From an uncultured Alphaproteobacteria bacterium (lineage in GTDB: Bacteria; Pseudomonadota; Alphaproteobacteria; RF32; CAG-239), in NCBI GenBank assembly GCA_944393225.1, contig CALXZK010000001.1:109522-173521 (forward strand): a DNA stretch of 64,000 nt. Direction: 5' to 3'. Shown here in pieces: positions 53,386-62,656 of this stretch. Below the pieces are notes generated by a model. That model was not told the origin of the DNA, ran no database searches, and saw only the letters and a list, made by a program, of their open reading frames with translations. Within the stretch, counting starts at the first letter, position 1. Each line of letters starts with the position of its first letter. Made by a program: the position numbers and the translations under genes.

Positions 53386-55155
53386 TTATTTGAACTGAGC
53401 ATTATATAAAGCTTTGTAAGCTCCTTTTTCTTTTTGGAGCAACTCTTCATGCGAGCCGCTTTCAACAATGCGTCCGTCATTAATCACCACGATTTTATCG
53501 GCATTTTGTACCGTACTCAAACGGTGAGCAATGACAAACACGGTTCTGTCTTTCATCAGATTTTCGATGGCTTTTTGAACCACGGCTTCTGATTTATTAT
53601 CCAGAGCAGAAGTTGCTTCATCCAAAATGACAATCGGGGCATTTTTGATAAAAGCTCGGGCGATGGATAATCTTTGTTTTTGACCACCGGAAAGAAGGCT
53701 TCCTCTCTCGCCGATGTCCGTATCCAAACCTTTTTCCTGCTCGGCAACAAACTCATCCAAACAAGCCATTTTGATAGCTTTATTAATTTCTTCTTCCGTG
53801 GCATCGGGTTTGCCCAACAAAATGTTATCTCTGATTGTGCCACCAAACAAGAAATTATCTTGAAAAACAACAGAGATATTGTTGCGCAAGCTTTCCATGC
53901 TAAAATCTTTGATGTTGGTTCCATCTATTTTGACGGCACCGGATTTAACATCATAAAAACGCGGCAACAAGCTGACGATTGTACTTTTACCGCCGCCAGA
54001 GTTGCCCACCAGAGCAATTGTTGTTCCGGCTTTGACTTCCAAATTGATATGTTGCAAAACAGGTACGTTTTCATCATATTCAAAGCAAACATCATCAAAC
54101 TCAATTTTATCTTTGATTTTGCTTAATTTTTGTGCGTGTGGTGCATCTTCAATTGCAGGCTTGAGTTCCAAAATTTCGGAAATGCGTTCGATGGCCATGA
54201 AAGATAATTGTACAGCATTGTAGCTTTTGCCAATGTTTTTAATCGGGTTATAAAGCATAATCAATGCCGTAATAAAAGACACGAAGTTACCGCTGGTTAT
54301 GGTTCCGCTGACAATTAAATAGCTACCAAAACCAATAACGGCACCGACACCGATTGAAACAATAATGTGCATCATCGGGGTTAACCAAGCTGTTCTTTGC
54401 ACCATTTTGATGCCTAATTTGAACAAGCGACGCAAAATTCCGTCATATTGATTATACATTTTCTGTTGTAAATTGTATGAAGAAATGGTTTTGTTGCCGG
54501 AATATGTTTCATTGTATTTGGTTAAAACGACGCCATTTTCTTTGACCTGCTCTTGCACCACGGCTTTAATCATTCTTCTGACATAGGCCAACGGTGCCAA
54601 AGCTCCGCCCAAAACCACAATGGCAATAAGGGCTAACTGCCATGAATTGTAAAACAAAACGGCAATCAAAGAAAGAGAAGAAAAGATGCGTGAGGTAAAC
54701 AAACGCACATTATCCAACAACCCCGTGCATGCCGTGTCTGCATCTGTTGAAAAGCGTTGAATTATCAATCCGGAATCGTTCTTATCAAAAAAAGCGGACT
54801 CTAAAATCAACAATTTTTGATACAAAGCACGTTTGACATCTTGAGTGATTTTCATGCCGACCCAAGAGTTCATGTAAGTTGAAAGATAGGTCAAACCGCC
54901 TTGAAAAATCGTAAACAAAACAATGACTAGCGGAATGATTGCCGGTGATTGTGCAGATTTGTCAACCAACACAATATCCATATATGGTTTTAATGCCCAA
55001 GCGATAACTGCATCCAAGGCACCAATCGGAATACTCAAGGCAACGGCAAACAAAGCGCGCCAGTAATATGGTTTGACATAGGGAAGAATTTTTTTGTAAT
55101 GGTCAGCAAATTTCATTTGCGGAGCCAAAGCTACGGCTTGTAAATTTACGGTCAT
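53386..55155 (-). CDS. ABC exporter, fused permease/ATPase (MsbA-like)
   Basis: Six-TM N-terminal half. Walker A GNSGGGKST, signature LSGGQKQR, Walker B ILDEATSALD, H-loop IAHRLS. Confidence 0.9.
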   Translation of the reverse strand: MTVNLQAVALAPQMKFADHYKKILPYVKPYYWRALFAVALSIPIGALDAVIAWALKPYMDIVLVDKSAQSPAIIPLVIVLFTIFQGGLTYLSTYMNSWVGMKITQDVKRALYQKLLILESAFFDKNDSGLIIQRFSTDADTACTGLLDNVRLFTSRIFSSLSLIAVLFYNSWQLALIAIVVLGGALAPLAYVRRMIKAVVQEQVKENGVVLTKYNETYSGNKTISSYNLQQKMYNQYDGILRRLFKLGIKMVQRTAWLTPMMHIIVSIGVGAVIGFGSYLIVSGTITSGNFVSFITALIMLYNPIKNIGKSYNAVQLSFMAIERISEILELKPAIEDAPHAQKLSKIKDKIEFDDVCFEYDENVPVLQHINLEVKAGTTIALVGNSGGGKSTIVSLLPRFYDVKSGAVKIDGTNIKDFSMESLRNNISVVFQDNFLFGGTIRDNILLGKPDATEEEINKAIKMACLDEFVAEQEKGLDTDIGERGSLLSGGQKQRLSIARAFIKNAPIVILDEATSALDNKSEAVVQKAIENLMKDRTVFVIAHRLSTVQNADKIVVINDGRIVESGSHEELLQKEKGAYKALYNAQFK

Positions 55156-55164
55156 ATATAATTC

Positions 55165-55602
55165 CTACAGTAATTTTAAATATTTTAAGATTATCCAGAC
55201 GGCAACAAATTCCATTACAATCATCAGCCAAAAAATGGCTCGAAAGCTCTTTTTGACCGTTTTATGACGGAACAATTTTTGTGCCATGAGAGCACCAAGC
55301 CAACCACCTAAAAACTCTAATGTATGTAAAGTGTTTTCAGGAACACGCCATGCATGCCTGATGGCCGCACGTTTATCAACATAATAAGCCACCATGGTTG
55401 TTATGTTGATTGAAACTAAATGAAAAACCAAAAACAGCATAAAAGTTTTTGGTGCAAACGGCGTTACGGTAAAATAGTGCGTTTGCACATAATATGCCGT
55501 TAAAATGACAATGGCACTATGCAAAATATAAAAATTATTTTTTTGCAAAGGACGTACCAAAGCCAACAAACCGATTAAGATTGCAGTGAATGTTAAAACC
55601 AT
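55165..55602 (-). CDS. DUF1294 membrane protein
   Basis: DKRAAIRHAWRVPENTLHTLEFLGGWLGALMAQKLFRHKT is the DUF1294 signature. Confidence 0.8.
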   Translation of the reverse strand: MVLTFTAILIGLLALVRPLQKNNFYILHSAIVILTAYYVQTHYFTVTPFAPKTFMLFLVFHLVSINITTMVAYYVDKRAAIRHAWRVPENTLHTLEFLGGWLGALMAQKLFRHKTVKKSFRAIFWLMIVMEFVAVWIILKYLKLL

Positions 55603-56756
55603 TTTACGTCGTCCGTTTTGTCTTCAAGATGAGAATTGCGTTTAGCAAAGTCCGGCAACAAAGGTTCTTTGAAAGATTTTTTCATATCAATTTCTTTGGC
55701 TGCTTCAATCAATATCGGAGCACGCTCTTGCGGTTTTGGGTGTGTGTCTGATGAAAAATAAAGACTAGTAGTGCTGCGAGCTGCCAATTTTTTCTGAACG
55801 ATACTTAGGTCTTTGTAGTTGTATCCAGCACGAGCTACATAATAAACGCTCAAATAATCCGCCTCGTGTTCAAAATCTTTGGAATAGACCTTTGAGCCAA
55901 GTTCTGCACCCAATTGAGCTGCATCGGCGTTCAAATTGTTGGTCATGCCGTCGATTATGCCTCCGGCAATGGCACCGATTGCCGCATTTAATTGTCCGGC
56001 TTCGGGATGACCTAAAGTATTGTGTGCCAACTCATGTGCCAAAACTGCCGCCATTTCCGTTTCGTTTTGCATGTAATCTATGATAGGATTACTTAAATAG
56101 ACGTCTTTTCCATCGGCATAGGCATTGATAGTGGTCATAGTTGTATCTATTTTTAAATTATAGGGGCAAACGTTATCCGGTTTGATAGTGATGGTTTTGA
56201 GCTTGCCTTTGCGTTCGATTTGAACCTCAACCGGTTGACCTAAAGTTGAGCTGGTTAAATTCTCCTCTAAAATTTCTTCAAAATCTTCTTTAGCATCCGG
56301 TGTGTTGGGGGCTGCCATACCAAAAATTGTCACTATTTTGTCTTTTGGTTTAAGTCCGGCTTTATCTGCAGCCGAATTAGGAATGACATAGCGCACGTAT
56401 ATAACGTTTTCTTCATCAAAGTAGTTTAGATTTTTGATGTCTTCCTCTTCTTCTCTGGCTTCTTGAGTTACGGTAAACTGCCACCAATGTTTTTTGGGAA
56501 GATAAACCCCTATATCAAAACCGAGTCCGGGTTTTAACTTGCGATCGCAAAGCTCTTCTCCGGTATTTTTTTTCAAATTATAGAAAATGGTATTGATTTT
56601 TTTATCCCGCTCAACGGCATAATTTTGCGCATATTCGTAATGTTGTTTGCGCATTTCGGTTTTATCATACCACGTGGTTGCCGGCAGATTTGCCGTTGGC
56701 GTGGCACATCCGCATAACACGGCGCAGTTTAATGCCCAAAGAAGTGTTTTTTTCAT
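55593..56756 (-). CDS. M48-family zinc metalloprotease lipoprotein with PDZ domain
   Basis: Lipobox VLCGC|A. PDZ-like IPNSAADKAGLKPKDKIVTIFG. HELAHNTLGH (HExxH) followed by EADYLS. Confidence 0.8.
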   Translation of the reverse strand: MKKTLLWALNCAVLCGCATPTANLPATTWYDKTEMRKQHYEYAQNYAVERDKKINTIFYNLKKNTGEELCDRKLKPGLGFDIGVYLPKKHWWQFTVTQEAREEEEDIKNLNYFDEENVIYVRYVIPNSAADKAGLKPKDKIVTIFGMAAPNTPDAKEDFEEILEENLTSSTLGQPVEVQIERKGKLKTITIKPDNVCPYNLKIDTTMTTINAYADGKDVYLSNPIIDYMQNETEMAAVLAHELAHNTLGHPEAGQLNAAIGAIAGGIIDGMTNNLNADAAQLGAELGSKVYSKDFEHEADYLSVYYVARAGYNYKDLSIVQKKLAARSTTSLYFSSDTHPKPQERAPILIEAAKEIDMKKSFKEPLLPDFAKRNSHLEDKTDDVKWF

Positions 56757-57031
56757 ACGCGGTTCCTTTTGTTTTTGTTTAACTCTTTCATCAAATCTTC
56801 ATATTGCGGGCAGTTCATGGTTGAGATATTGCGGCGACTAAATTCTATCAAAATTCGATTAAGAATAAATGCATCATCCTGATATTCAAACAAAGCATCG
56901 CACAAGTCTTCCATGTTGGAAGTTGCTGCCCAATTGTTCATTCTTTCCGGATATCTATGAAAGTCATCAACATTCACGCTTGAAGAGCAACCGCCCAAAA
57001 CAAGCAACAAACTAAGAAACAGTTTTTTCAT
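56753..57031 (-). CDS. small lipoprotein (92 aa)
   Basis: Start trimmed to ATG 57031 (MKKLFLSLLLVLGGC|SSS) with a GGAG RBS. The stop overlaps the M48 start (ATGA). Confidence 0.6.
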   Translation of the reverse strand: MKKLFLSLLLVLGGCSSSVNVDDFHRYPERMNNWAATSNMEDLCDALFEYQDDAFILNRILIEFSRRNISTMNCPQYEDLMKELNKNKRNRV

Positions 57032-57201
57032 AAAAAAAATCTCCATTTTCATGCAATTTTTCATAACATAATGTATTTTTTTATAAAAAGCAAACAGAGA
57101 TTGTGCGGATAAAAGTGAATAAGTTAAAAAATTTAATGTGTTTTTTTTTAATCTGTTTATAGTGGTATTCAGATTAATCTGATAAAAATTTACAGGTCTG
57201 T

Positions 57202-58059
57202 ATGATGAATAAAAATACGTTTCTTTTTTCTGTTGCCGCATTGGCTTTGAGCGCTTGTCAACACTACAGCGACGAAATGGCTTTCTATTATGATGATGAA
57301 AATGCTACTCCCGAAGCAGTCGCTGCTCCGACAAAATCCGTTTCTTCCAAAGAATTGGTTATTCCCGAAGATTTGCGCCAACCCCAACCGGTTGCGCCGA
57401 AAAAAACTGAGGCTAAACCTAAAACAGATACTCAGGCTAACAATGATATTTTTGATGATGACGAGGAAGATGATGTGCTTCCTTTATCGCAAAATGTGCC
57501 GGCACAGAATCAGCCACAATCTTTATTAACGAAAAAAACAGAAACTACTTTGACAAAAACTTCTGTTGAAACAAACACCATTCCCGTAACATACAGCGAA
57601 AGAAATGAGAGCTCGGCTCAAAATGATAGCATAGAGGAAAGCACAACAACTCAATATGACAGTGCCGAAATCACGCCTAAAGTTTATGCCATTGCAGCAA
57701 CGCGCGTTACCAACAAAATGCTTGATGCCACTCAAAAAATTTATAAGCAACAAGGCAACAAGCCCAAACTTTTGGTTTTGGAAGCAAAAAAAGTTAACAA
57801 TCAATTGCCCGATGGTTTGCACTATGCCAATAAGGTTATTTATGACATTATTGATGGCTCGCAAAACTTTATGATGGTTTCTCAGCTTGATGATGCCGAT
57901 TATGTCTTGGATGTGAGCGTCGATGCTTATCCGAACAAAGGTATCAATACCCCGATTATTGAATATACCTTGACTTTGCAAGACAAAGACGGTCGTGAGA
58001 TTGACTCTTGGAAACAAGATATCAGACAATTGCAAAATGATGACAAAAGCTGGTGGTAA
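57202..58059 (+). CDS. lipoprotein with ~140-aa disordered acidic linker and C-terminal LpoB-like globular domain
   Basis: Lipobox ALALSAC|Q. Low-complexity P/E/T/Q linker. C-terminal domain KVYAIAATRVTNKML...DDADYVLDVSVDAY... Confidence 0.5.
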   Translation: MMNKNTFLFSVAALALSACQHYSDEMAFYYDDENATPEAVAAPTKSVSSKELVIPEDLRQPQPVAPKKTEAKPKTDTQANNDIFDDDEEDDVLPLSQNVPAQNQPQSLLTKKTETTLTKTSVETNTIPVTYSERNESSAQNDSIEESTTTQYDSAEITPKVYAIAATRVTNKMLDATQKIYKQQGNKPKLLVLEAKKVNNQLPDGLHYANKVIYDIIDGSQNFMMVSQLDDADYVLDVSVDAYPNKGINTPIIEYTLTLQDKDGREIDSWKQDIRQLQNDDKSWW

Positions 58060-58066
58060 TTTTTAG

Positions 58067-59146
58067 ATGAAGCAGAAACTCTTTCTAAAACAGGTTCTCC
58101 TCGGTTTGAATTTGGGGTTGGCTTTTGTGCCGTCCGCTTATGCTGAAACCATGCCTGACGAAAACTACTCCGAAGAGATTCAAACTCTGTTCGGACAAGC
58201 CTGCGAAAGAGTTAAACCGCAAGAAACAATTTCATCTATCAGAATGCGTGCTACCGATAAGGCAACTTTTGAAGCGGTCAAAAATCTGGAAGCCGTTACA
58301 TCTTTACAAAACCAATATAATGAGCACGATTTGAATGTTTTGGTTTATAAAATCGTTGATAATTATGTTGAAGATTTGGGCGTGCAAACCACAGAGCAAA
58401 ATGCACAGAAAATTTGTGTTGAAATAACCGGCTATGTCAGCGCTGATAATATTTCTGCCGCCCTAAACGAGTTGAAAAACGAACAAACAAACGCTTCTGA
58501 AACCGAAGCAACAAATATTCAGCCTCTGCCGGAAGAAACTAATGAGGAGCCTTCCGTTCAAGTTGCTCAAAGTTTGCCTCAAGTTGCACCTGTTGCTGAT
58601 GAAAATGTTCAACCGGTTGAAAAGAAAGCACAGGAACCGGCAAAGACAAATGTAACCCTGACTCCGAAAGCTCCCTCAGCAAAATTGCTCTATATTGCAC
58701 CTTTGGAGTTTTTTAACAACACCTACTCCAAAGAATATGTAAAAATCTTGAACCGTATTTTTGATAACAACGCATATTATCAAATTACCGAAGATGAAAA
58801 TGCAGCCGGATATGTTATTTATTCGAAAGTATTGCGTGCCAAAGTTGATGCAATTAACAGCAATACGAATCGTATGCAAATGGTTGTTTCGGTGGAGGTT
58901 AAAAACAAGATGGACGGAAGCTCTGCCATTGAACATCAAAACCGTTTTATCTTGTTTAACAGCAATGAGGATGAACAAAAAGTTGCTGCTAATTTGATGC
59001 AAAAACTTTTGACCAAAGCCTCAAAATTGATATTAAACAAAGTTGAAAGAATGGCTCGTATTCAGGCAGAAAAAAACGGAGAAAACTCGACCTTTATTCC
59101 GCCCAAAGAAATTAATCCAGACCCATTGCCGAGTGCTGAGAAATAG
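58067..59146 (+). CDS. secreted protein: N-domain, Pro/Glu/Gln linker, C-terminal domain weakly similar to that of the preceding lipoprotein
   Basis: Signal peptide ending SAYA|E. Linker NEQTNASETEATNIQPLPEETNEEPSVQVAQSLPQVAPVADENVQPVEKK. C-terminal LLYIAPLEFFNN...AAGYVIYSKVLRAKVDAI. Confidence 0.5.
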   Translation: MKQKLFLKQVLLGLNLGLAFVPSAYAETMPDENYSEEIQTLFGQACERVKPQETISSIRMRATDKATFEAVKNLEAVTSLQNQYNEHDLNVLVYKIVDNYVEDLGVQTTEQNAQKICVEITGYVSADNISAALNELKNEQTNASETEATNIQPLPEETNEEPSVQVAQSLPQVAPVADENVQPVEKKAQEPAKTNVTLTPKAPSAKLLYIAPLEFFNNTYSKEYVKILNRIFDNNAYYQITEDENAAGYVIYSKVLRAKVDAINSNTNRMQMVVSVEVKNKMDGSSAIEHQNRFILFNSNEDEQKVAANLMQKLLTKASKLILNKVERMARIQAEKNGENSTFIPPKEINPDPLPSAEK

Positions 59147-59903
59147 GTCTTAAATACCACGCAAAATGGGGAAGCTCAGTCATTTCAAAGGCCTGAAGAT
59201 ATTTTTCTATTTTCTCTTGTAATGTTTTTCTGGTTTCTTCTATTTCATTTTTATCTTGTCTTACGTACAAATAGATTTCCAAATTTTGCGGTTCTGAAGT
59301 AGAAATATCATACTCACAAGCACAAAGAACATTTTTGAGATTTTCAAAAACGATTTTCAAAATATTTTTCAAATGCTCTGTGTTATTCTCTTCTTTGATA
59401 GTTGAAAGTAGTTGCGCATATTCTATATCTTGATATGGCGCATGAGGATTTAGCAATAAATTTTCAAGAGCATAAATGTTTCCGGTCATGGTTGCAAACT
59501 TTACCATCACAGAGAAAAACTTTTGAACGTCTTGGCTTAAGTTCTCCATATGCGGTTTTAATAATTGAGCTGCCATATCAAATAAGCCCAGATTTATGAG
59601 GCTGTTGATATATAACATTTCTTCCGTCGGGGTCAGACCAGCCCCCTTGTCCCATAGCAGATAAGCAAAAGACAAAGCTTTTTCATAATTACCAAGCATA
59701 ATTTGAGCTTGCAACAAACCGATGATGGCTAATCTGTCTTGCGGGTTGGCATTGTGCTCAAGGTATAAAGAATGTTCAAGTTGAATAATATTTTCAATTT
59801 GTGAAAAAGGTAAATCCATTAACTGGGTATATAAAAAGAAGACCTGATCTTCTTTTGTCACAGAAGAATCATTTTCAGAAATGTCTTGCTCAAAGTCAGA
59901 CAT
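59112..59903 (-). CDS. hypothetical helical (TPR-like) protein
   Basis: 263 aa. Starts 1 nt after the dtd stop. Its 3' end overlaps the convergent gene by 35 nt. Confidence 0.5.
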   Translation of the reverse strand: MSDFEQDISENDSSVTKEDQVFFLYTQLMDLPFSQIENIIQLEHSLYLEHNANPQDRLAIIGLLQAQIMLGNYEKALSFAYLLWDKGAGLTPTEEMLYINSLINLGLFDMAAQLLKPHMENLSQDVQKFFSVMVKFATMTGNIYALENLLLNPHAPYQDIEYAQLLSTIKEENNTEHLKNILKIVFENLKNVLCACEYDISTSEPQNLEIYLYVRQDKNEIEETRKTLQEKIEKYLQAFEMTELPHFAWYLRPISQHSAMGLD

Positions 59904-59904
59904 T

Positions 59905-60348
59905 TTATCCTCTCTTTTCCAACATAAAGGTTACCGGTCCGTCATTAATCAACTCTACCTGCATATCGGCTTGAAAAATGCCGGTTTGGGTGTTGATACC
60001 ATAAGCTTTCAAGCACTCTACAAAATATTCATACAAAGGTTTAGCTTCTTCGGGACGAGCGGCGGTTTCAAATCCGGGACGATTGCCGCGGCTGGTATCT
60101 CCGGCTAAAGTAAACTGAGATACTGCCAACAATTCGCCTTTAATATCTTGCACGGATAAATTCATTTTGCCTTCCGAATCTTCAAAAATGCGCAAGTTGA
60201 CAACTTTTTTTGCCAAATATTCAGCTTCTTTTTGCCCGTCACCTTTTTCTACGCCAAGCAAAATCAACATACCCTGCCCGATTTTGGAATAAAGTTTTTC
60301 CTCAATTTCTACCGATGCTCTTTTTACTCTTTGTACCAATGCTTTCAT
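59905..60348 (-). CDS. dtd: D-aminoacyl-tRNA deacylase
   Basis: [15 protein letters not shown]...[10 protein letters not shown]..., [17 protein letters not shown]. Confidence 0.9.
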   Translation of the reverse strand: MKALVQRVKRASVEIEEKLYSKIGQGMLILLGVEKGDGQKEAEYLAKKVVNLRIFEDSEGKMNLSVQDIKGELLAVSQFTLAGDTSRGNRPGFETAARPEEAKPLYEYFVECLKAYGINTQTGIFQADMQVELINDGPVTFMLEKRG

Positions 60349-60435
60349 ATTTTTTTATTTTCCTTTTATTTACCAATGGTTATTATGATAAAGCATATTA
60401 TATTTAAGATAGTTTTAATTGTCAGGCAGAATTTG

Positions 60436-61680
60436 ATGAAAAAAATATATTCTCTTTTACTTTCTTTGCTGGTTGTTTCCGGTTGTACTTCCGTGGGTAA
60501 AGGAATTGCCGAAGCCGTTTTGGAAAATGATGATAAAGTTGATACGCGCCAATGTGATATCAGAGGTGATAAGTTTGACGGCATTAACCAATATTTTGCC
60601 AACGGTAAAGAAGTAAAAGTTCTCATCATTCACGGTGTGGGAACACACCAATCCGGATATTCGGGAAGAATCCGTGATAACCTATGCAAAAAAATCGGGC
60701 TCAAAATTGTTTCTCGGCGCCCGAAAAACATCACGCTTATCGATCCAACTGACAAGAAAACCGTTATCGGAACGCTGCGTGTTTCTCGTGCGCAAAGCAA
60801 AGACCTCAAAAAGACCATTCTTTTCTATGAATTGGCTTGGTCAGAAACGACTATTGCACAAAAGCAAATCTTGAAATATGACATGGCTAAAGAAAATACC
60901 TATAAACGCGCCGCTTTCAACAATGTAGTTAAAAGCTTTATGAATGACACCGTGCCTGACCCGCTCATCTATTTGACCGATGAACATAATTATATTTTGA
61001 ATGCCACCAAACAATCGACCTGTTGGATGCTCGGCAAAAGTTGGGATCAGTTAAAAGACGGCGACAAGACAGCATGCAAAGTTGCTCCATACAAGCAAAT
61101 TAAAGGATTGAGCGAAGATAATATTATCTTTGTTACGCACAGTTTGGGCAGCCGAATCTTTATTGACTCAATTTTAAGTTTGGCTGACGATGTGGCTCAA
61201 GCCGAAAAAGCCAATCCGCAATCCCGTTACTATATTGACCAACTCAAAAACAAAGAATTGACCGTGTTTATGCTGGCTAATCAATTGCCGTTTCTGCAAA
61301 TCGGACGCAAAGTTCCAAAAATTCACGGACAGATGAACTCTTACTGCAAAGTTGGCGGTAAAAACTATGATAACCGCATTTTCAAACGCTTAAATATTGT
61401 TGCTTTCTCTGACCCGAACGATATTTTGAGTTATACCATTCCGCAAAACTTTGCCGATAATTATCTCGACTCTCGTATTTGTCCTTATGTGACAAACGTG
61501 AACCTCAATATTATTGAGCCGGTTTCGGCATTCGGAATCAGCGCGGTTAATCCGCTGGCGGCACACACCAACTATGATAATGATGAACGCGTTCTCGAAA
61601 TTATTACACAAGGCACACAAGATGATGCCAATGAAGCAATTGCTTCCGGCAAATGTTATTTTTATGAAGCTCAAGATTAG
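60436..61680 (+). CDS. lipoprotein, putative alpha/beta-hydrolase (lipase/esterase-like)
   Basis: Start trimmed to ATG 60436 (MKKIYSLLLSLLVVSGC|T). VLIIHGVGTH and the nucleophile-elbow-like THSLGS. The function is uncertain. Confidence 0.45.
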   Translation: MKKIYSLLLSLLVVSGCTSVGKGIAEAVLENDDKVDTRQCDIRGDKFDGINQYFANGKEVKVLIIHGVGTHQSGYSGRIRDNLCKKIGLKIVSRRPKNITLIDPTDKKTVIGTLRVSRAQSKDLKKTILFYELAWSETTIAQKQILKYDMAKENTYKRAAFNNVVKSFMNDTVPDPLIYLTDEHNYILNATKQSTCWMLGKSWDQLKDGDKTACKVAPYKQIKGLSEDNIIFVTHSLGSRIFIDSILSLADDVAQAEKANPQSRYYIDQLKNKELTVFMLANQLPFLQIGRKVPKIHGQMNSYCKVGGKNYDNRIFKRLNIVAFSDPNDILSYTIPQNFADNYLDSRICPYVTNVNLNIIEPVSAFGISAVNPLAAHTNYDNDERVLEIITQGTQDDANEAIASGKCYFYEAQD

Positions 61681-61688
61681 GAGGGAAA

Positions 61689-62651
61689 ATGGCAGAATAT
61701 AATCTTTATGACAATAAACGCTTTATCTTGGACGGTAACGGCGGACTTTCCAACGAAGATAACGGCAAATATGCGATTTGGCACAATTTGGATTATCAAA
61801 ACCCCAATACCTATCAGATTTTGATTGAAGATTATCAGCTTGACCCTTTGGTCGTTGATGCGCTTTGCGATACGGATACGCGTCCGCGTTTTGTTTGCTA
61901 TGACACCGGAATTTTGCTCATTTTGCGCGCCATCAACCTCAACCCCGGTAGCAATCCCGAAGATATGATTTCGCTCCGGTTTTGGATTGATGAAAACAAA
62001 ATCATTTCCCTTCAACACCGCAATCTGAAAAGTATTAAAAAAATTGCCGATGCCTTGGAAAACAAAGTTGGTCCGAAAACACCGATGCAATGCTTTCTCA
62101 CTTTTGCCAATACCATTGCCGATGTGATTGCAAAAACCACCAATGATTTGACCGACCGTACCGATGATATTGAAGAAGAAATTATTGATATTCAAGATAT
62201 GGACGACATCAAAATTCGCGGTGAGATTAATGACCTGCGTCATGAGATTATTGCCTTGCGTCGCTATATTGCACCAATGCGTGAGGTGTTCCAAAACCTG
62301 CAATTAGAAAAGAATCCACTCATCACGCAAAAAGCCAAAATTCGCCTTAAAGAAGTGGCCAATGACGTCGTTAAATCTTTGGAAGATTTGGATTATTGCC
62401 GCGAACATATTTCTTTTTATCATGAAGAACTACAAGGGCGAATCAGTATCAATATGAGCCGCATTATGTACATCATTTCCATCTTCACGGCAATATTCTT
62501 ACCTTTAACCCTTATTACCGGTTTGCTCGGAATTAACGTGCAAGGAATTCCGATGGCAGATAACGAACACGCCTTTTGGATTGTCTGCGCGCTGATGCTC
62601 GTTATCAGCCTGATACTGGTTTACTTTATGAAAAAGAAACGCTGGATGTAA
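61689..62651 (+). CDS. CorA-family divalent-cation transporter (ZntB-like)
   Basis: AGGAGG RBS. Cytoplasmic funnel domain and two C-terminal TM helices with LTLITGLLGINVQGIP (G-x-N motif in the ZntB form). Confidence 0.75.
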   Translation: MAEYNLYDNKRFILDGNGGLSNEDNGKYAIWHNLDYQNPNTYQILIEDYQLDPLVVDALCDTDTRPRFVCYDTGILLILRAINLNPGSNPEDMISLRFWIDENKIISLQHRNLKSIKKIADALENKVGPKTPMQCFLTFANTIADVIAKTTNDLTDRTDDIEEEIIDIQDMDDIKIRGEINDLRHEIIALRRYIAPMREVFQNLQLEKNPLITQKAKIRLKEVANDVVKSLEDLDYCREHISFYHEELQGRISINMSRIMYIISIFTAIFLPLTLITGLLGINVQGIPMADNEHAFWIVCALMLVISLILVYFMKKKRWM

Positions 62652-62656
62652 AAAAT

